Positions 1 through 12,540 are shown, counted from the first letter of the stretch. The stretch is DNA of 64,000 nt from Zootoca vivipara (GCF_963506605.1 NC_083285.1:67766001-67830000); one strand, 5' to 3'. A program made the numbers and translations. The notes: generated from the letters alone by a model not told the origin.

Positions 1-146
1 GTCTATGATGTGCATTGGAGCATCACCAGTACTGCAGCCTCCATAGAAAACTATGCTCTTAGAGAAGGTAGAGTTCAGTTCAAAATAGTTGACTGCCCCC
101 TAGTGGCTTGGAGGACCACATTTGTTTTCTCAGGTTGGTCACTTAC

Positions 147-231
147 AGATGGTGGTGATGATGCTACCATATTTGTATTCGGTTCCATGGAGAGAAGTAA
201 GGGCCTCGACTGCCTTCTGAGCAAGAGCGTC
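147..231 (-). CDS. CPA1: CPA1 exon 10 (DALAQKAVEALTSLHGTEYKYGSIITTI)
   Basis: 85 bp; cttccag acceptor, gtaagt donor; not in ORF track. Confidence 0.93.
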
Positions 232-271
232 CTGGAAGGGAACCGAGGGCAGAAGGAGAGGAAGAAAAAGT

Positions 272-745
272 GAGATAAGATAAGATATCTTTATTGTCAT
301 AGTCCCCTTGCGGGAACAACGAAATTACTCGGTTGCTACATCCACTCAGATAAAGCATTCCGCATAATCCAAAATTACAAAACGTAATTAAAAACAGTAA
401 ATATAATACAAAATAATTAGTAAAATAAGATGACTTCAAAGTCCAGGCTTTCCATTTAAGGCCAAAATCGCTCTAGAGAAGAAACTGTTCCTGAGACGGC
501 TCGTTCTTGCCTGCATTGTTCTATATCTCCGTCCCGATGGCAGGAGCTCAAAGAAATGGTGACCAGGGTGCGTTGGATCTCTTGATATGTCTCGTGCTTT
601 TCTATGGCACCTGGTGGTGTAGATTTGTTCTAAGGTGGAGAGTGAGCAGCCAATAATGCTCTCTGCTGTTTTAATAATTCTGCACAGCCCTGCTCTATCC
701 TGAGAAGTACAACTTCCGTACCACACACACACAAACCATACGTGA
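272..745 (-). mobile_element. Rex1/Babar-type LINE 3' fragment
   Basis: C-terminal peptide WYGSC...DPTHPGH..FELLPSGRRYR...RTSRLRNSFF..AI; AATAAA plus (CTTAT)n tail. Confidence 0.75.
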
Positions 746-1401
746 GCACACCATACATGAGGTCAAGCTCATGGGATGAGAATTGCTACATAACTTAAAG
801 GTAACCTAAAAGATGCAGGCTTGTGGGGAGAGAATTTGCCCCCTTCTATTTTAATTTCTGCACTTTTCGCTTTTTCCGTACAGAGTTTTCTCCTCTCTGT
901 GCTATGCCAGCTCCTCTTTCCCTACAGGAAATGTTTGGGGTCCCTATCTTTGTATGTCCTCCTGCTTTGGTGGTACTTCGCAAGAAAAAACACCTTATAT
1001 GCTGTCTCCCAGGTGTCACTCTAGAGATAGCCCCATCACTCTGGGTTTCATTCAGCTGCCGTCAGAAGTGACGGCTTTTTGGTAGTTTAGTTTAGTAGTT
1101 TAGAGGTTTTATCTGTGATGGGAGACGGTTCCCTGATAGCTTGGGATTCATTCTCCAGCTTTTGGAACAGGATGTCCATTGGAGAACGTGGGGCAGTGAC
1201 ACACCTCCAGTTGGGTGGTGAGGTGGAGGAGTGATTTGATCTTACAAAGGCTGAGCGTTTTGGGTTGGGGTGTGGAGTGAGCTGAAATGGGGATTCAGCA
1301 GGAGCTGCACAAGTTGCCCCCTCTGGGGGTCTACTGCTGGTTCCTTACACACAGACACTGCGTGCGTCCCCAAGGGAGGAGACTGAGCCATGAAGTCCTA
1401 C

Positions 1402-1601
1402 CAGCTCCGCCTGATCAGCTGCTTTCTTGCTGGTGTAGCCATAAGGATAAAGGAGAAGCTGAGAGTAGCTGTGGATGGAGATGAAGGCTTTGATGTTGCC
1501 GTGACTCTTCACAAAGTCCACGATGGCTTTCACTTCGGGCTCAGAGTTAGGGTAGGGTCCACGGTAGGTCTCGGTGCAAGGATTCCCACTGGATCCAGCC
1601 T
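1402..1601 (-). CDS. CPA1: CPA1 exon 9 ([14 protein letters not shown]...[14 protein letters not shown]...QAEL)
   Basis: 200 bp; GT-AG; H196. Confidence 0.95.
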
Positions 1602-1705
1602 CTGTAATGCACAAAAAAACCACTGTTTCTTTGGTTGCTGCAGATCAGGAAGAATTCAGATAAGGCTCTTTGGTGATGCAACCCTTCCATAACCCACTGA
1701 GTTGG

Positions 1706-1710
<5 letters not shown>

Positions 1711-1752
<42 letters not shown>

Positions 1753-1985
1753 TTATTATTTATACCCCGCCCATCTGGCCGGGTCTCCCCAGCCACTCTG
1801 GGTGGCTTCCAACAGAAGAATAAAACACAATCTATTAAACATTAAAAGCCTCCCTGAACAGGGCTGCCTTCAGATGTCTTCTAAAAGTCTGGTAGTTGTT
1901 TTCCTTTTTGACATCTGTTGGGAGGGCGTTCCACAGGGCAGGCGCCACCACCGAGAAGGTCCTCTGCCTGGTTCCATGCAACTTG
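1711..1985 (-). mobile_element. L2 LINE 3' fragment with (TTA)n tail
   Basis: RxFSVVAPALWNALP...FRRHLKAALF; same family as 5982-6776. Confidence 0.8.
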
Positions 1986-2096
1986 GAATTGATAAGGGAA
2001 GTTCTTCGCGCTAAAGTTAAATGTTGGTTTGAGACCAATATCATGGCTCACTCATCCCCTCAGTGCTTTTTTTTTCTTTAAAAATGTTTAGGGGTA

Positions 2097-2372
2097 CAGT
2101 GGTGCCTCGCTAGACAAATCTAATTCGTTCTGTGAGTCAATTCATTTTGCGAAAAATTCATCTAGCGAATCCCATAGGAATGCATTGAATTTTTTTTTTT
2201 GCCCATAGGAACGCATTAATTGAATTTCAATGCATTCCTATGGGAAACCGCAATTCGCTAGACGAATTTTTCACAAAATGAATTCGTCTTGCGAGGCAAC
2301 CTCCGCTCGAAAAATCTTTTCGTTGAGCAAAAAATTCGTCTTACAAGGCATTCGTCTAGCGAGGCACCACTG
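2097..2372. mobile_element. Tc1/mariner(pogo)-type MITE nested in another TIR element (~2061-2515)
   Basis: TIR CAGTGGTGCCTCGC, TA flanks. Confidence 0.8.
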
Positions 2373-3034
2373 TACTCTCATTTTGACTCAAGAAAATCAC
2401 CATTTTGTAGTTCAAATCGGGAGAAATGAATACAGTAGGCGGACAAAAGTTTAAAGATTCACAAAATGTTTAGGGGTATGTGTACCCCTGTGTACCCCCC
2501 AGAAAACAAGCACTGCATCCCCCCAATCACACACACCTCAACGTTTGGTTGAGAATCATAGAACTGCAGAGTTTGAAGGGACCCTGACGGTCAGCTAGTC
2601 CAACCCCTTGCAATGCAGGAATCTCAACTGAAACCTCCATGACAGATGGCCACTCAAGCTGGAGAACTCTAGCTCCAATCCAGGAGTCTGGGGCTGGAAG
2701 TTTTGCATTTTGCCATAATGAGTTGACAGGAAACTGACTATGGTGAATGTCATGGACTGGTTGGACACAGAAGAATGGTGGGAGGAGCCAGCTGGGGAAT
2801 CCCCAACGGTGCTCGGGTCCTGCTTGAGGTTTTCCAGCAGGCATCTCGGTGGCTTCCATGAGAACAGGATGCTGGACTAGATGGGCCGTTGGCCTGATCC
2901 AACAAACTCTTCCTGTGTTCTTAACTGGAGGCTGGAATTGAAATGATGACCTTTGTGCGCTCTACCTCCAAGTGATAGTCCTCTGCCCTACATCAGCATC
3001 CCAAATTGGGCACACGTAATCCTGTGCCCTTTAC

Positions 3035-3125
3035 CTCCAAATCCTGCGTCCCAATTCCTGTTGGGGTCTACTCCAATGCAGGATGACCCGCTGTTCCGGG
3101 ACCTTGTCTTCCTCCACAAGCGATT
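3035..3125 (-). CDS. CPA1: CPA1 exon 8 ([30 protein letters not shown])
   Basis: 91 bp; GT-AG; R127, N144, R145. Confidence 0.95.
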
Positions 3126-3270
3126 CTGCAACAGCCAGGAAAGGCCCATCAACAAAGTTCAGAACTTCCAGAGCCTGCTTCTGAAGCTAAATGCATTACT
3201 GGTTGGTGCTAATTAAATCTATCCACTTCATTCCAAACACAGAGGCTTGAAAGCAAAAGAAATACTGTAC

Positions 3271-3381
3271 CTTGGAGTGGGTGAAGGCAAACCCATCTGG
3301 GTTTGTGACAATTTCTAGGAAGATGTCAAAGTTGTCCAGGATGGAGGTCAGGGAGGCATCCTTGCCGTAGCCATCAAGGAT
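3271..3381 (-). CDS. CPA1: CPA1 exon 7 ([37 protein letters not shown])
   Basis: 111 bp; GT-AG; NPDG motif. Confidence 0.94.
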
Positions 3382-3929
3382 CTGAACAGGATGAAAGAGA
3401 AGGACTTAGAGAGCCTTGGAGTCTGCCATCATAGAGAGAGGTGTGTCTGGCTTCTTCAGACAAAGGCAAAGACGCGCTTCGTTTCCAGCCTTCCATCCAT
3501 CTTTCCTTTATTTCATTAATAACCCACCATTTTCCCCCTCCAAGGAGCTCAAGGTGGCATAAATGGTTCTCCATCTTATTTAATCCCAAAAACAGCCCTG
3601 TGAGGTAGGTTAGGCTGAGAGGCAGCGACTGGCCCAAGGTCACCCAGTGAGCAACATAGCTGAGTGGGGGGGGGATTTGAACCCTGGTCTCCCAGGTCCC
3701 AGGCCAGTGCTCTAACCACTACACCACATTGGCCTTTGACACCTGACAGGTGCATTTTCAGGACCCACCCTATTCTTGAGACTGGGGCTGTTTTTAATTC
3801 TGAATTTTATATTCTCGCGACCCACCCTCGGACCTGCTGGTGAAGAGCAGGTAATAAATGTGGTAATTATAATAACAACAATAATAAATAACATATTTTT
3901 CAATTTAGTCTTTGTTTGCTAAATAGTAT

Positions 3930-4285
3930 GGGACCCAGGTGGTGCTGTGTGTTAAACCACAGAGCCTAGGGCTTGCTGATCAGAAGGTCGGTGGTTCGAA
4001 TCCCTGTGACGGGGTGAGCTCCCATTGCTTGGTCCCAGCTCCTGCCAACCTAGCAGTTCGAAAGCACGTCAAAGTGCAAGTAGATAAATAGGGACCGCTA
4101 CAGCGAGAAGGTAAACGGCGTTTCTGTGTGCTGCTCTGGTTCGCCAGAAGTGGCTTTGTCATGCTGGCCACATGACCTGGAAGCTGTACGCCAGCTCCCT
4201 CGGCCAATAATGCGAGATGAGCGCGCAACCTCAGAGTCGGTCACGACTGGACCTAATGGTCAGGGGTCCCTTTACCTTTACCTTT
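3930..4285 (+). mobile_element. Sauria SINE
   Basis: tRNA-like head with GGTTCGAATCC B-box, (ACCTTT)n tail, TSD tttgctaaatagt. Confidence 0.9.
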
Positions 4286-5214
4286 TTTGCTAAATAGTGA
4301 GCATCTACTCTAGACGAGAAATGTGTTTGTTATTGTTAGGAGAAGGAAAGCACAACTGCGGATGAGATTAATTTCTCCAGAAGACCTTTGATTTGATTTA
4401 TTATTTGGATGCTGCTTTTCCGACAGCTCCATTAAGCTCAAAGGAGCTCAGAATTATAAAAGGGCATTAAAATTAGCAATTAGCGTTCCCATAAAAATAA
4501 TCCTATCAATAAACACAACAGCGTACAAGTAAATCAACCCAAACTCTCAAAGTAGTTCAATACAAACTCATAATACTATTTTTGTTAAATGTTGCCTACA
4601 TGTGTCAGTTGCTGTCCTGGAAGGAAGAATGGGATATAAACTGAACGAAAAAATAAATACAACTAATAATTTATCCTGAGAAAGGTCAGAGATCAAACAG
4701 GTCTGCAAGCCTTGAATCCTATGATTGGTATAAATACAAACCAACCAGAATGTATTTGCACTTTTGGATAGCCAGCTTCACTCTGGATTCCCATGGGAAG
4801 GGACCAAGGCAATGCAAGACATGGACACTGCACTCCTCTCTCAGAATCCTGGTGACAGCTGCTGCTGCCCCCCTCTGAGATTCCACACCAAGTCTATCTC
4901 AGCAGCCCTGAGGACTAGAAACTTTTAGCATAAAATAAACAATGACATTCTGAGGATGTTGGGCTCTGTGCCCCTGGTACAAGGACACATTTGGCTGCAT
5001 ACACACCATTAAAAACCCACCCACACCCAAGAATCTTGGGAACTGTAGTTTATGATGGTGCCAGGAATTGTAGCTCTAAGCGGTAGACTACAGTTCCCAT
5101 GATTCTTTGGGAGGGGTGCGTTCAGTGGTGAATATGCAGCCACGGCCTCTTCATGGATCACGGCCTTGTTGTGGCAAAGGGGCTTGAATAACTCCAAGAA
5201 GCTATGAGCTATGC

Positions 5215-5343
5215 CAGGGCATCCCCAAACTTCGGCCCGCCAGATGTTTTGGACTACAATTCCCATCATCCCTGACCTGTTAGCTAGGGATCATGGGAGT
5301 TGTAGCCCAAAACATCTGGAGGGCCGTGGTTTGGGGATGCCTG
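5215..5343. mobile_element. hAT MITE
   Basis: TIR CAGG(G)CATCCCCAAAC; 8-bp TSD agctatgc. Confidence 0.85.
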
Positions 5344-5745
5344 AGCTATGCCGTGCAGGGCCACCCAAGACAGACAGGTCACAGCTGAGATTTTAGACTA
5401 AATGTGATCCACCTGGAGAAGGAACTGCCAATCCAATCCAGTATTTTGCCAAGAAAACTCCATGGACATAAAAAAAAGGAGAAGCTTTGAGAAGAAAGTG
5501 AGAGTTTCCAAGGCATGCTCTGGTTCATGGGGTCATGGAGAGTCGAACACGTCTAAGACGACTAAACAACAACAACAAATGCAGCCACGGAGTTGTGAAA
5601 TCCTTAGAGCATTGGCGCCGGGTATACTGTCTCTGAACATGGACGGTTCATTCTTGGCCAGCGGTTGACCGATGGAGCTCTGAGCCCTTCCTCCTCCTCT
5701 GTATGAAATGTGTGCCTCTGAGACTAAATTGCAGCCAATATATAC

Positions 5746-5847
5746 CTTCTTTGCAAAGTAGACTCCACTGGCTTGAGTCACCCATTCGCGGGAGTGGATG
5801 CCGGTGTCGATCCAGATCGCTGGCCGGTTGCTTCCCCCTGTGCTGAA
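5746..5847 (-). CDS. CPA1: CPA1 exon 6 ([34 protein letters not shown]), Zn ligands H69/E72
   Basis: 102 bp; GT-AG; M14 HxxE motif. Confidence 0.95.
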
Positions 5848-5981
5848 CTGTGCGGAAAGAGGAGAAAGAGAAATCTCAATTCCTACCTTCTCCTCCACAA
5901 GGCTGTCTCCAAGTCTGATGGGCTGCACCTGAACAAGGAGACCTCTGGGAAGTCCACTACCACCCTGCCAGCTGTTGTAGC

Positions 5982-6030
<49 letters not shown>

Positions 6031-6776
6031 TATTATTTATACCCTGCCCATCTGGCCGGGTTCCAACAGAAAATAAAACACAGTAATCTATTAAACATTA
6101 AAAACCTCCCTGAACAGGGCTGCCTTCAGATGTCTTCTAAAAGTCTGGTAGTTGTTTTCCTCTTTGACATCTGTTGGGAGGGCGTTCCACAGGGCAGGCG
6201 CCACCACCGAGAAGGCCCTCTGCCTAGTTCCCTGCAACTTGGCTTCTCGCAATGAGGGAACCGCCAGAAGGCCCTCGGTGCTGGACCTCAGTGTCCGGGC
6301 AGAATGATGGAGGTGGAGACGCTCCTTCAGGTATACTGGACCGAGGCCATTTAGGGCTTTAAAGGTCAGCACCAACACTTTGAATTGTGCTCGGAAACGT
6401 ACTGGGCGTCAATGTAGGTCTTTAAAGACCGGTGTTATGTGCTCTCGGTGGCCGCTCCCAGTCACCAGTCTAGCTGCCGCATTCTGGATTAGTTGTAGTT
6501 TCCGAGTCACCTTCAAAGGCAGCCCCACGTAGAGCGCATTGCAGTACTCCAAGCGGGAGATAACTAGAGCATGCACCACTCTGGCTAGACAGTCTGCAGG
6601 CAGGTAGGGTCTCAGCCTGCGTACCAGATGGAGCTGATAGACAGCTGCCCTGGACACAGAATTGACCTGTGCCTCCATGGACAGCTGTGAGTCGAAAATG
6701 ACTCCCAGGCTGCGCACCTGGTCCTTCAGGGGCACAGTTGCCCCATTCAGGACCAGGGAGTCCTCCACACTTGCCC
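5982..6776 (-). mobile_element. L2 LINE 3' part
   Basis: RT C-terminal ORFs 6409-6888 and 6091-6378 (LQLIQNAAARL, HITPV); (TTA)n tail. Confidence 0.87.
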
Positions 6777-7689
6777 CATGCAGTTGGGGAGCTGGGTCTT
6801 GAGGTCTTGGGCATCCTTTTAATGACACACAATGACCGGAAAAGTGACACTGGTATTCAGCTACATGTGTGCCCCTCAGCCGTCCCAATTTGAACAGGGC
6901 ATCCCAGAATTACAGAAGCCATTCCTGGCTTTTAACTGGGTCCTGGAATGTCCCGTTTTTTGATCAAGCACTCTGGCATGAGTCCGCTGGCTTGTGCCAG
7001 AGCACTGGTCCAAAACACACTCGCTTTTTGTTCTTGCACTCTCACACAAATCAGCTGGCTCCCGCGAGAGCTTGGGATGAAAAAATGAGCCTCCTGCTTT
7101 TGATCAGAGGGATGGTGTGTGAATTAAGGGAGCCAAGGGCAGGGCCCTTGCAGCCATGGGCCTGCAAGCTCCCTAGGAATGCTGGGTACTGAGAGTGGCA
7201 TCTTAGCATCCAGGCCCATCAATCTGAGCACTTTGTTAAACCTCACAATTCCCTAAAGCAAGATCCCAGTTCTTTGGAGCCTGGGGGCACATTTGAAAAT
7301 CTAAGGAAATTTTACGCATGCCACAAAATGCCCATTTCACAGAAGGAGAATTGGTGGTGCTTGAAACACACACCACACACTCTTGAAACAACGGGGGGGG
7401 GGACAATGACAAAAATAACACCCCAAAAAACCAACCTCCCAAAAAACAATTTCTCAAAACATAAAAAATTAGGAGGGATAATGGTCCCATTGAATGCCAG
7501 AAGGAAGTATTTGAAGAAGTCAGGGTGCCCACAGGTGCCATGTTGGAGATCCAACATTTAACGGCCAAAATATTAACACATTATATCCGTATGTGTTAGA
7601 GATGTGGGAGTTCTACCTCCTGCATGGCGTGGGAAGGTCAGGAGTTGAAATTTATGTTTGCTTCTCCAAATGCCCCAGAAGTGAGTTAC

Positions 7690-7791
7690 CTTCAAGATGT
7701 TGATCGGGCGGCCCTCGTAACTCTTCCCAATCTGGATTTTACTGGCCAGTTTGGGGTTTTCACCCACCAGGAGGTCCATGAAATCGTAGAT
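7690..7791 (-). CDS. CPA1: CPA1 exon 5 ([34 protein letters not shown])
   Basis: 102 bp; GT-AG. Confidence 0.93.
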
Positions 7792-8646
7792 CTAGTGGAG
7801 AGAGAGAGAGAGGGCTGGAGTGAAGTGTGCCTGTGTGTGTCTCAGTACGAGTCTGTTCTGAAATTCTGCCTCAAGAAAGCAACCGTCAAGACTCCAGAAA
7901 TCCCTGAAATGAGGGCTTTATTTTCCCTTGTGTTCTACGCGGCAATGTTAGTCAATTTAATTGTGGGGTGGGCTAACTCACCTGACTTGCACATACCCTG
8001 TGCCATGGAGTGGAGAGACCATTACTAACCCCCCCCCCAAAATGATGACAGCTGCCATCTCTTCTTATTTATTACATTTATATACCACTTTTATCTTTCC
8101 CTCTGGACTGTCCTCCGCAGCTTGAAAAGCATCCCCCTTGTTTGATGACATTTTGATATCACTTGCAAAAATGTTCGCCTATCCACTACCATTGCCCTCT
8201 CTTGCTTGCTCTCTCAGTTGACTTTGCCCAAGGTGATGTCACGACGTAACCTCCCCTGATTGGCTATTTACACATCCTATTCACTGTGTGGTCTCTGATT
8301 GGCTTGGACTGGTGAAGTGATAAGCCCAGGAAGCAATGCCCTCGCTCTTAAGTGGCTTGGTTAACCCTCAGTGTTGTCCCCACATTGGCAAACCTGTTTG
8401 ACTATAGCATAGTCATGACATCATCCCATCTCATCCAATGAGATTACAAGTTCAGGAAGCAATAAACAGGAGAGGTGAAGTGTACCTAAAGCAGCAACAA
8501 AAAGTGATAGGTATTTCTGCTATCAAAGCATTAGCTGGAAATATTTTTACCCTCTCCTAAAACTCCTGTTTTTGCTCACCATACAAAAGAACCACATTGA
8601 AATGGGATATTTGCAGTTACAACAAGTATGCATTTATTTCACTCAC

Positions 8647-8745
8647 CTCATCCAGACTGTGGTAAGAAGCATAGTTAAATGTCTCAATCGACCGGGGCAT
8701 AAAATGTTGGCGGGACATGGAAAGCTTCTCCTCATCCACCAATGA
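8647..8745 (-). CDS. CPA1: CPA1 exon 4 (SLVDEEKLSMSRQHFMPRSIETFNYASYHSLDE)
   Basis: 99 bp; cttccag acceptor, gtgagt donor. Confidence 0.93.
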
Positions 8746-9516
8746 CTGGAAGGGACAATGGGAAGAGTCAGGGAGGAGTGGGGGTTGTTGGAGAAAAGTA
8801 CACTCCCTTTTATTGAGTTTGTAGCTAATGCACATGTTACTTTAAACCACATGAGCCCATGGTTTGTCTAGCAACCTAGCCAGCACTTACTTGTGAAATC
8901 TCTAAGTTAACTCTGCCCCTAAAAGCTGAGTCTAAAAGCTGAGCCATTTTGTGGTACTCTCTTATAACCTTTAAATACGTAGTTCCTGCTCCTGCATGAA
9001 TAAAGCCTTTGAACTCTTCCAGTGGAAACGGGAGTTTGTACACAGCATATATCCGAGGTGTCAATGATTTGGACAGCCTACACATAATACTTTTAAAGTA
9101 TTATGTAAAGAAACACATTTTTCCCCTCAAAAAATTCTGGGCACCATAGTTTGTTAAGCGTTGCTGGGAATTATAACTCCGTGATAGATAAACTACCGTG
9201 CTCAGGATTAATTGTAGTGTGTACACAGCCGGGGTTAAATAGGTTTGTCTCCTGTATGATAGTGGCAGTGAGAAGGTAGACTCAGTCAGGGAAAGGTGCC
9301 TGTGAGGGGAGGCTTGCCTGAGGTCCCTCAAGAACATGCAGCCGGCCCTGATATCAGGTCTCAGGGCTGACAACACACAGGTTTATACAGCAGGGTCGAC
9401 CCTACCATTAGATGGTGGTAGAAGTGAGGTCTTGAAGGATAGAACTGGGCCAGGCCTGCTTTGAAGGCCACACACACCTGCACCTGTTTCCCTTGTCATC
9501 TGTGCAGGTCACTGAC

Positions 9517-9651
9517 CTGAAGGTCCTCGATCATGATGGAATAACGGATGCCGTTGGATTCCAGGAACACCTTGACTCCTTGGAGGCTGTCGAATGGGAT
9601 GCGCACGTCTATGGGGAACTCAGAGTGAACTGGGTGGCGCCAGAAATCCAG
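9517..9651 (-). CDS. CPA1: CPA1 exon 3 ([20 protein letters not shown]...MIEDLQ)
   Basis: 135 bp; GT-AG; pro-domain LDFW motif. Confidence 0.93.
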
Positions 9652-9699
9652 CTGGAGAAGAAAGGCATTAATTTAATATATGTGTATGGCGTAGAATTA

Positions 9700-9951
9700 T
9701 AGAATCATAGAATCATAGAGTTGGAAGAGACCACAAGGGCCGTCCAGTCCAACCCCCTGCCAAGCAGGAAACACCATCAAAGCATTCCTGACATATGCCT
9801 GTCAAGCCTCCGCTTAAAGACCTCCAAAGAAGGAGACTCCACCACACTCCTTGGTAGCAAATTCCACTGCCAAACAGCTCTTACTGTCAGGAAGTTCTTC
9901 CTAATGTTTAGGTGGAATCTTCTTTCTTGTACCTGTAGTTTGAATCCATTG
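9700..9951 (-). mobile_element. CR1 LINE 3' fragment
   Basis: (ATTCTATG)n tail; [12 protein letters not shown] homology. Confidence 0.85.
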
Positions 9952-10677
9952 CGTATGTTTTGTGATCTCTCCTGTGGTGCAATAATGTAAGAATTGCCTT
10001 GCTGGCTGTGGAACCTAGGGAGCTGCCTTATATTGAGTCAGACCATTGGTCCATCTAGCTCAGTATTGTCTACACTGACTGGCAGCAGCTGCCCAGGGTT
10101 TCAGACGGAACATTCCTAGCCCTTCCTGGAGATTCTGGGGATTGAACCAGGAACCTTTTGCATGCAATCAGAGGTTCTGCTCACTGAGTTACAGTCCTTA
10201 TCTACCCCCCCCCAAAAAAATTCCGACTATGAAAAGTTAAAGTATGGCTTAAATTCGTGGCCTTACAAAAATTGGCTTTTACGCTATCGCTGTTGAAACA
10301 GGCATACGGTAAAAAGGAACCAAAAAAATGTTTTATTGCCGATTTGCGAGCTTGAGATTGTTCATTTGCCATTTGCGGGTGCGAGTGCCTGTGGAATTGT
10401 AGCAATTGAATAGCGATTTGCGATTTTAGCGATTGTACAGTAACTTTTGCGGGCTTGCAAGATCAAAAGCTTAAATTGGCTCAGAGTTGCAATTCTGCTA
10501 ACCGCAGCGATTTTCAGCCTGTAACCCAATTTTAAGGGAACGGCTTATATTTGGGTATTGTTTCTCCACACCCCCCCCTTGAATTCCAAAGGTGCGGCTT
10601 ATTTGTGGGTGCGGCTTATATTCGGCCCAATACGGTATCTATCTGCCTATCCTTCCCTCCATTCTGCTGCCATTCAC

Positions 10678-11878
10678 TGTAAGGTCCCAGGGTGGATGTC
10701 AGGAGCAAGGGTCAGGCAATAAATCACACGGCATCAGTGAAGTCAAGTCTTTATTCATGGACACAAGATAGACTCAGGAGGGAAGGCCTAGTGAGCACAG
10801 CAATTCATCCCAGTAGATCTTGCTCCATGGGGCAGTTGTGGGGACTGAAGGTCCCCTCCTTCCCACAGCTGCCTAAGTCTCCTCCTCCTCAGGGTTGTTC
10901 CCAAGTGTCAGGAGTATGGGCAGGAGTCAGGCTCTGGGGCCTGTAGTGCTTTGCAGGACTGGGGCCTGCCTCAGCTTGTGCTGGAGAAGCAAGGAGTGGC
11001 CACTCAGGTGAGGCCTCAGCTTGTGCTGGAGAGGCAAGGAGTGGCCACTCAGGTGAGGCCACTTGATACCTCACTGCACCTGGTGGCAGGAGCTGGGAGG
11101 GATAAAAGCTCAGCATTTCCCTTCAGCTCTTTGCCACAGCAACGCTATCCCTGCCTGGTTGCATCTGGCCTCTTGCTCCTTGGACCCTTGCCTTGCCGAC
11201 GCCTTGCTCCTTGGACCTTTGCCGATGCCTTGATCCTCGACCCTTGGACCTCTGCCTTGCCGATGCCTTGATCCTCGACCCTTGGACCTTTGCCTTGCCA
11301 ACGCTTTGCTCCTTGACTCCCAGACCTTCGCCTCTGCCTTGCTCCTTGACCCTGCAACTGCCTGCTGCTGGACCCTCAACCCTGCACCTGTTCCTGCTTC
11401 TACACCACCATCTTGCCTCTGGTCCTGACGTCCTCAGCCAGGGCTTCAACCGTCCGCCGACCAGACCGTGACACCAAGCAATTTGAGACTATGCCAGCAT
11501 ACCTGCCTTTGCTCCTCTTACTTCATCCCTCTCCTGGTTCTGGGAGACCAGAGGCAGGGGAGCTAGTCTCCCTGTCTTCTCCCTGTCTTCTTCACCAGCC
11601 TGACTCATCTCTGCCTCTCAGCCCTCCTCCTCTCCAGCCTCTGATTCTGCCTCTGATTCTGGACTGCTCTCTGACACAGCCTCTCCCAGCTCACTAAGCC
11701 CTGTTGCCTCTTCTGCTTCCGACACCTCCTCCCCCCAGTCTTCTCCCTCTTCTCCCCCTGACCACTCATGTCATCCCGCCAACATTCCCCGGGCTCTGAG
11801 CCTTCTTCCCTTGGGGTTCCCCAGCTGGTGGCTCCCACCGCTCCCCTTCATCCAACCAGTCCGTGGCAAGGGGTTACA
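10678..11878 (-). mobile_element. Solo LTR (Gypsy-like), interrupted by a second LTR
   Basis: TGTAA...TTACA ends; AATAAA on minus strand at ~10750. Confidence 0.6.
10906..11473. mobile_element. Nested solo LTR with internal tandem repeats
   Basis: TGTCA...TGACA; 5-bp TSD CCAAG; 45-bp and ~38-bp internal repeat units. Confidence 0.75.
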
Positions 11879-11927
11879 TCAAACAGAGATAAACAACCCC
11901 ACCTGCAGCTCTGCTCCTCGGCATTAC

Positions 11928-12009
11928 CTGAAGATGCTCGAGAGCTTCCAGCTCCTTCACCTTCTCCACTTGGAACTCATCTGCAGCAAATATCCTCAGC
12001 ACCTGGTGA
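11928..12009 (-). CDS. CPA1: CPA1 exon 2 (HQVLRIFAADEFQVEKVKELEALEHLQ)
   Basis: 82 bp; ctgcag acceptor, gtaatg donor. Confidence 0.93.
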
Positions 12010-12287
12010 CTGCAGAGACAAGTTCTGTGAGCCTTTGCCACCGTCAAATAGCACCCTTGACAATGGGCTTTCAGGAAGGACAAACGTGGTTGTCATTCTG
12101 TGGCTGGCTAGCTGGATTTCCCCCACAGGCTTCTGTGCTTGCTGGTTGTCTAAGCAGGCAGCATTGGTAGAATGGGCAGGGCCGGTGCTAGGGTTTCTTG
12201 CGCCCTAGGCGAGATCACCTTCTGGCGCCCCACCCCCCCAATCATATTTCAAACCCAGATGTATTTCACATCCAACCTGTTCCTTGT

Positions 12288-12540
12288 CAGGGCCGGCCCT
12301 ACGGCCAGGCTGGGTGGCACAGGGCACCACGGCGCCAGCCCGCCAGGGGGGCGGCGCAAGCTGCGCCCTCCCGCTGGCCGGCCAGTCCGCCGGTCCGCCG
12401 TGCAGCTGCACCCACAGCAACCGCGCTGTGCCCGCCCGCCCGCCCGCCACGCAGCAGCGCCTGTGGCAGCCGCGCCGTGCGCTGCGCCCGCCCGCCCACC
12501 GCGCTGGGAAACAGGGCGAGGGGCGCTTAAGACGGCCCTG
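12288..12540. mobile_element. GC-rich hAT MITE
   Basis: TIR CAGGGCCG; 8-bp TSD ttccttgt; relative at 40555-40850. Confidence 0.8.

Noticed and set aside
10889-11838. Overlapping ORFs with peptide repeats; repeat-array look
   Set aside because: Tandem repeats inside solo LTRs; no unique spacers, eukaryotic context, not CRISPR
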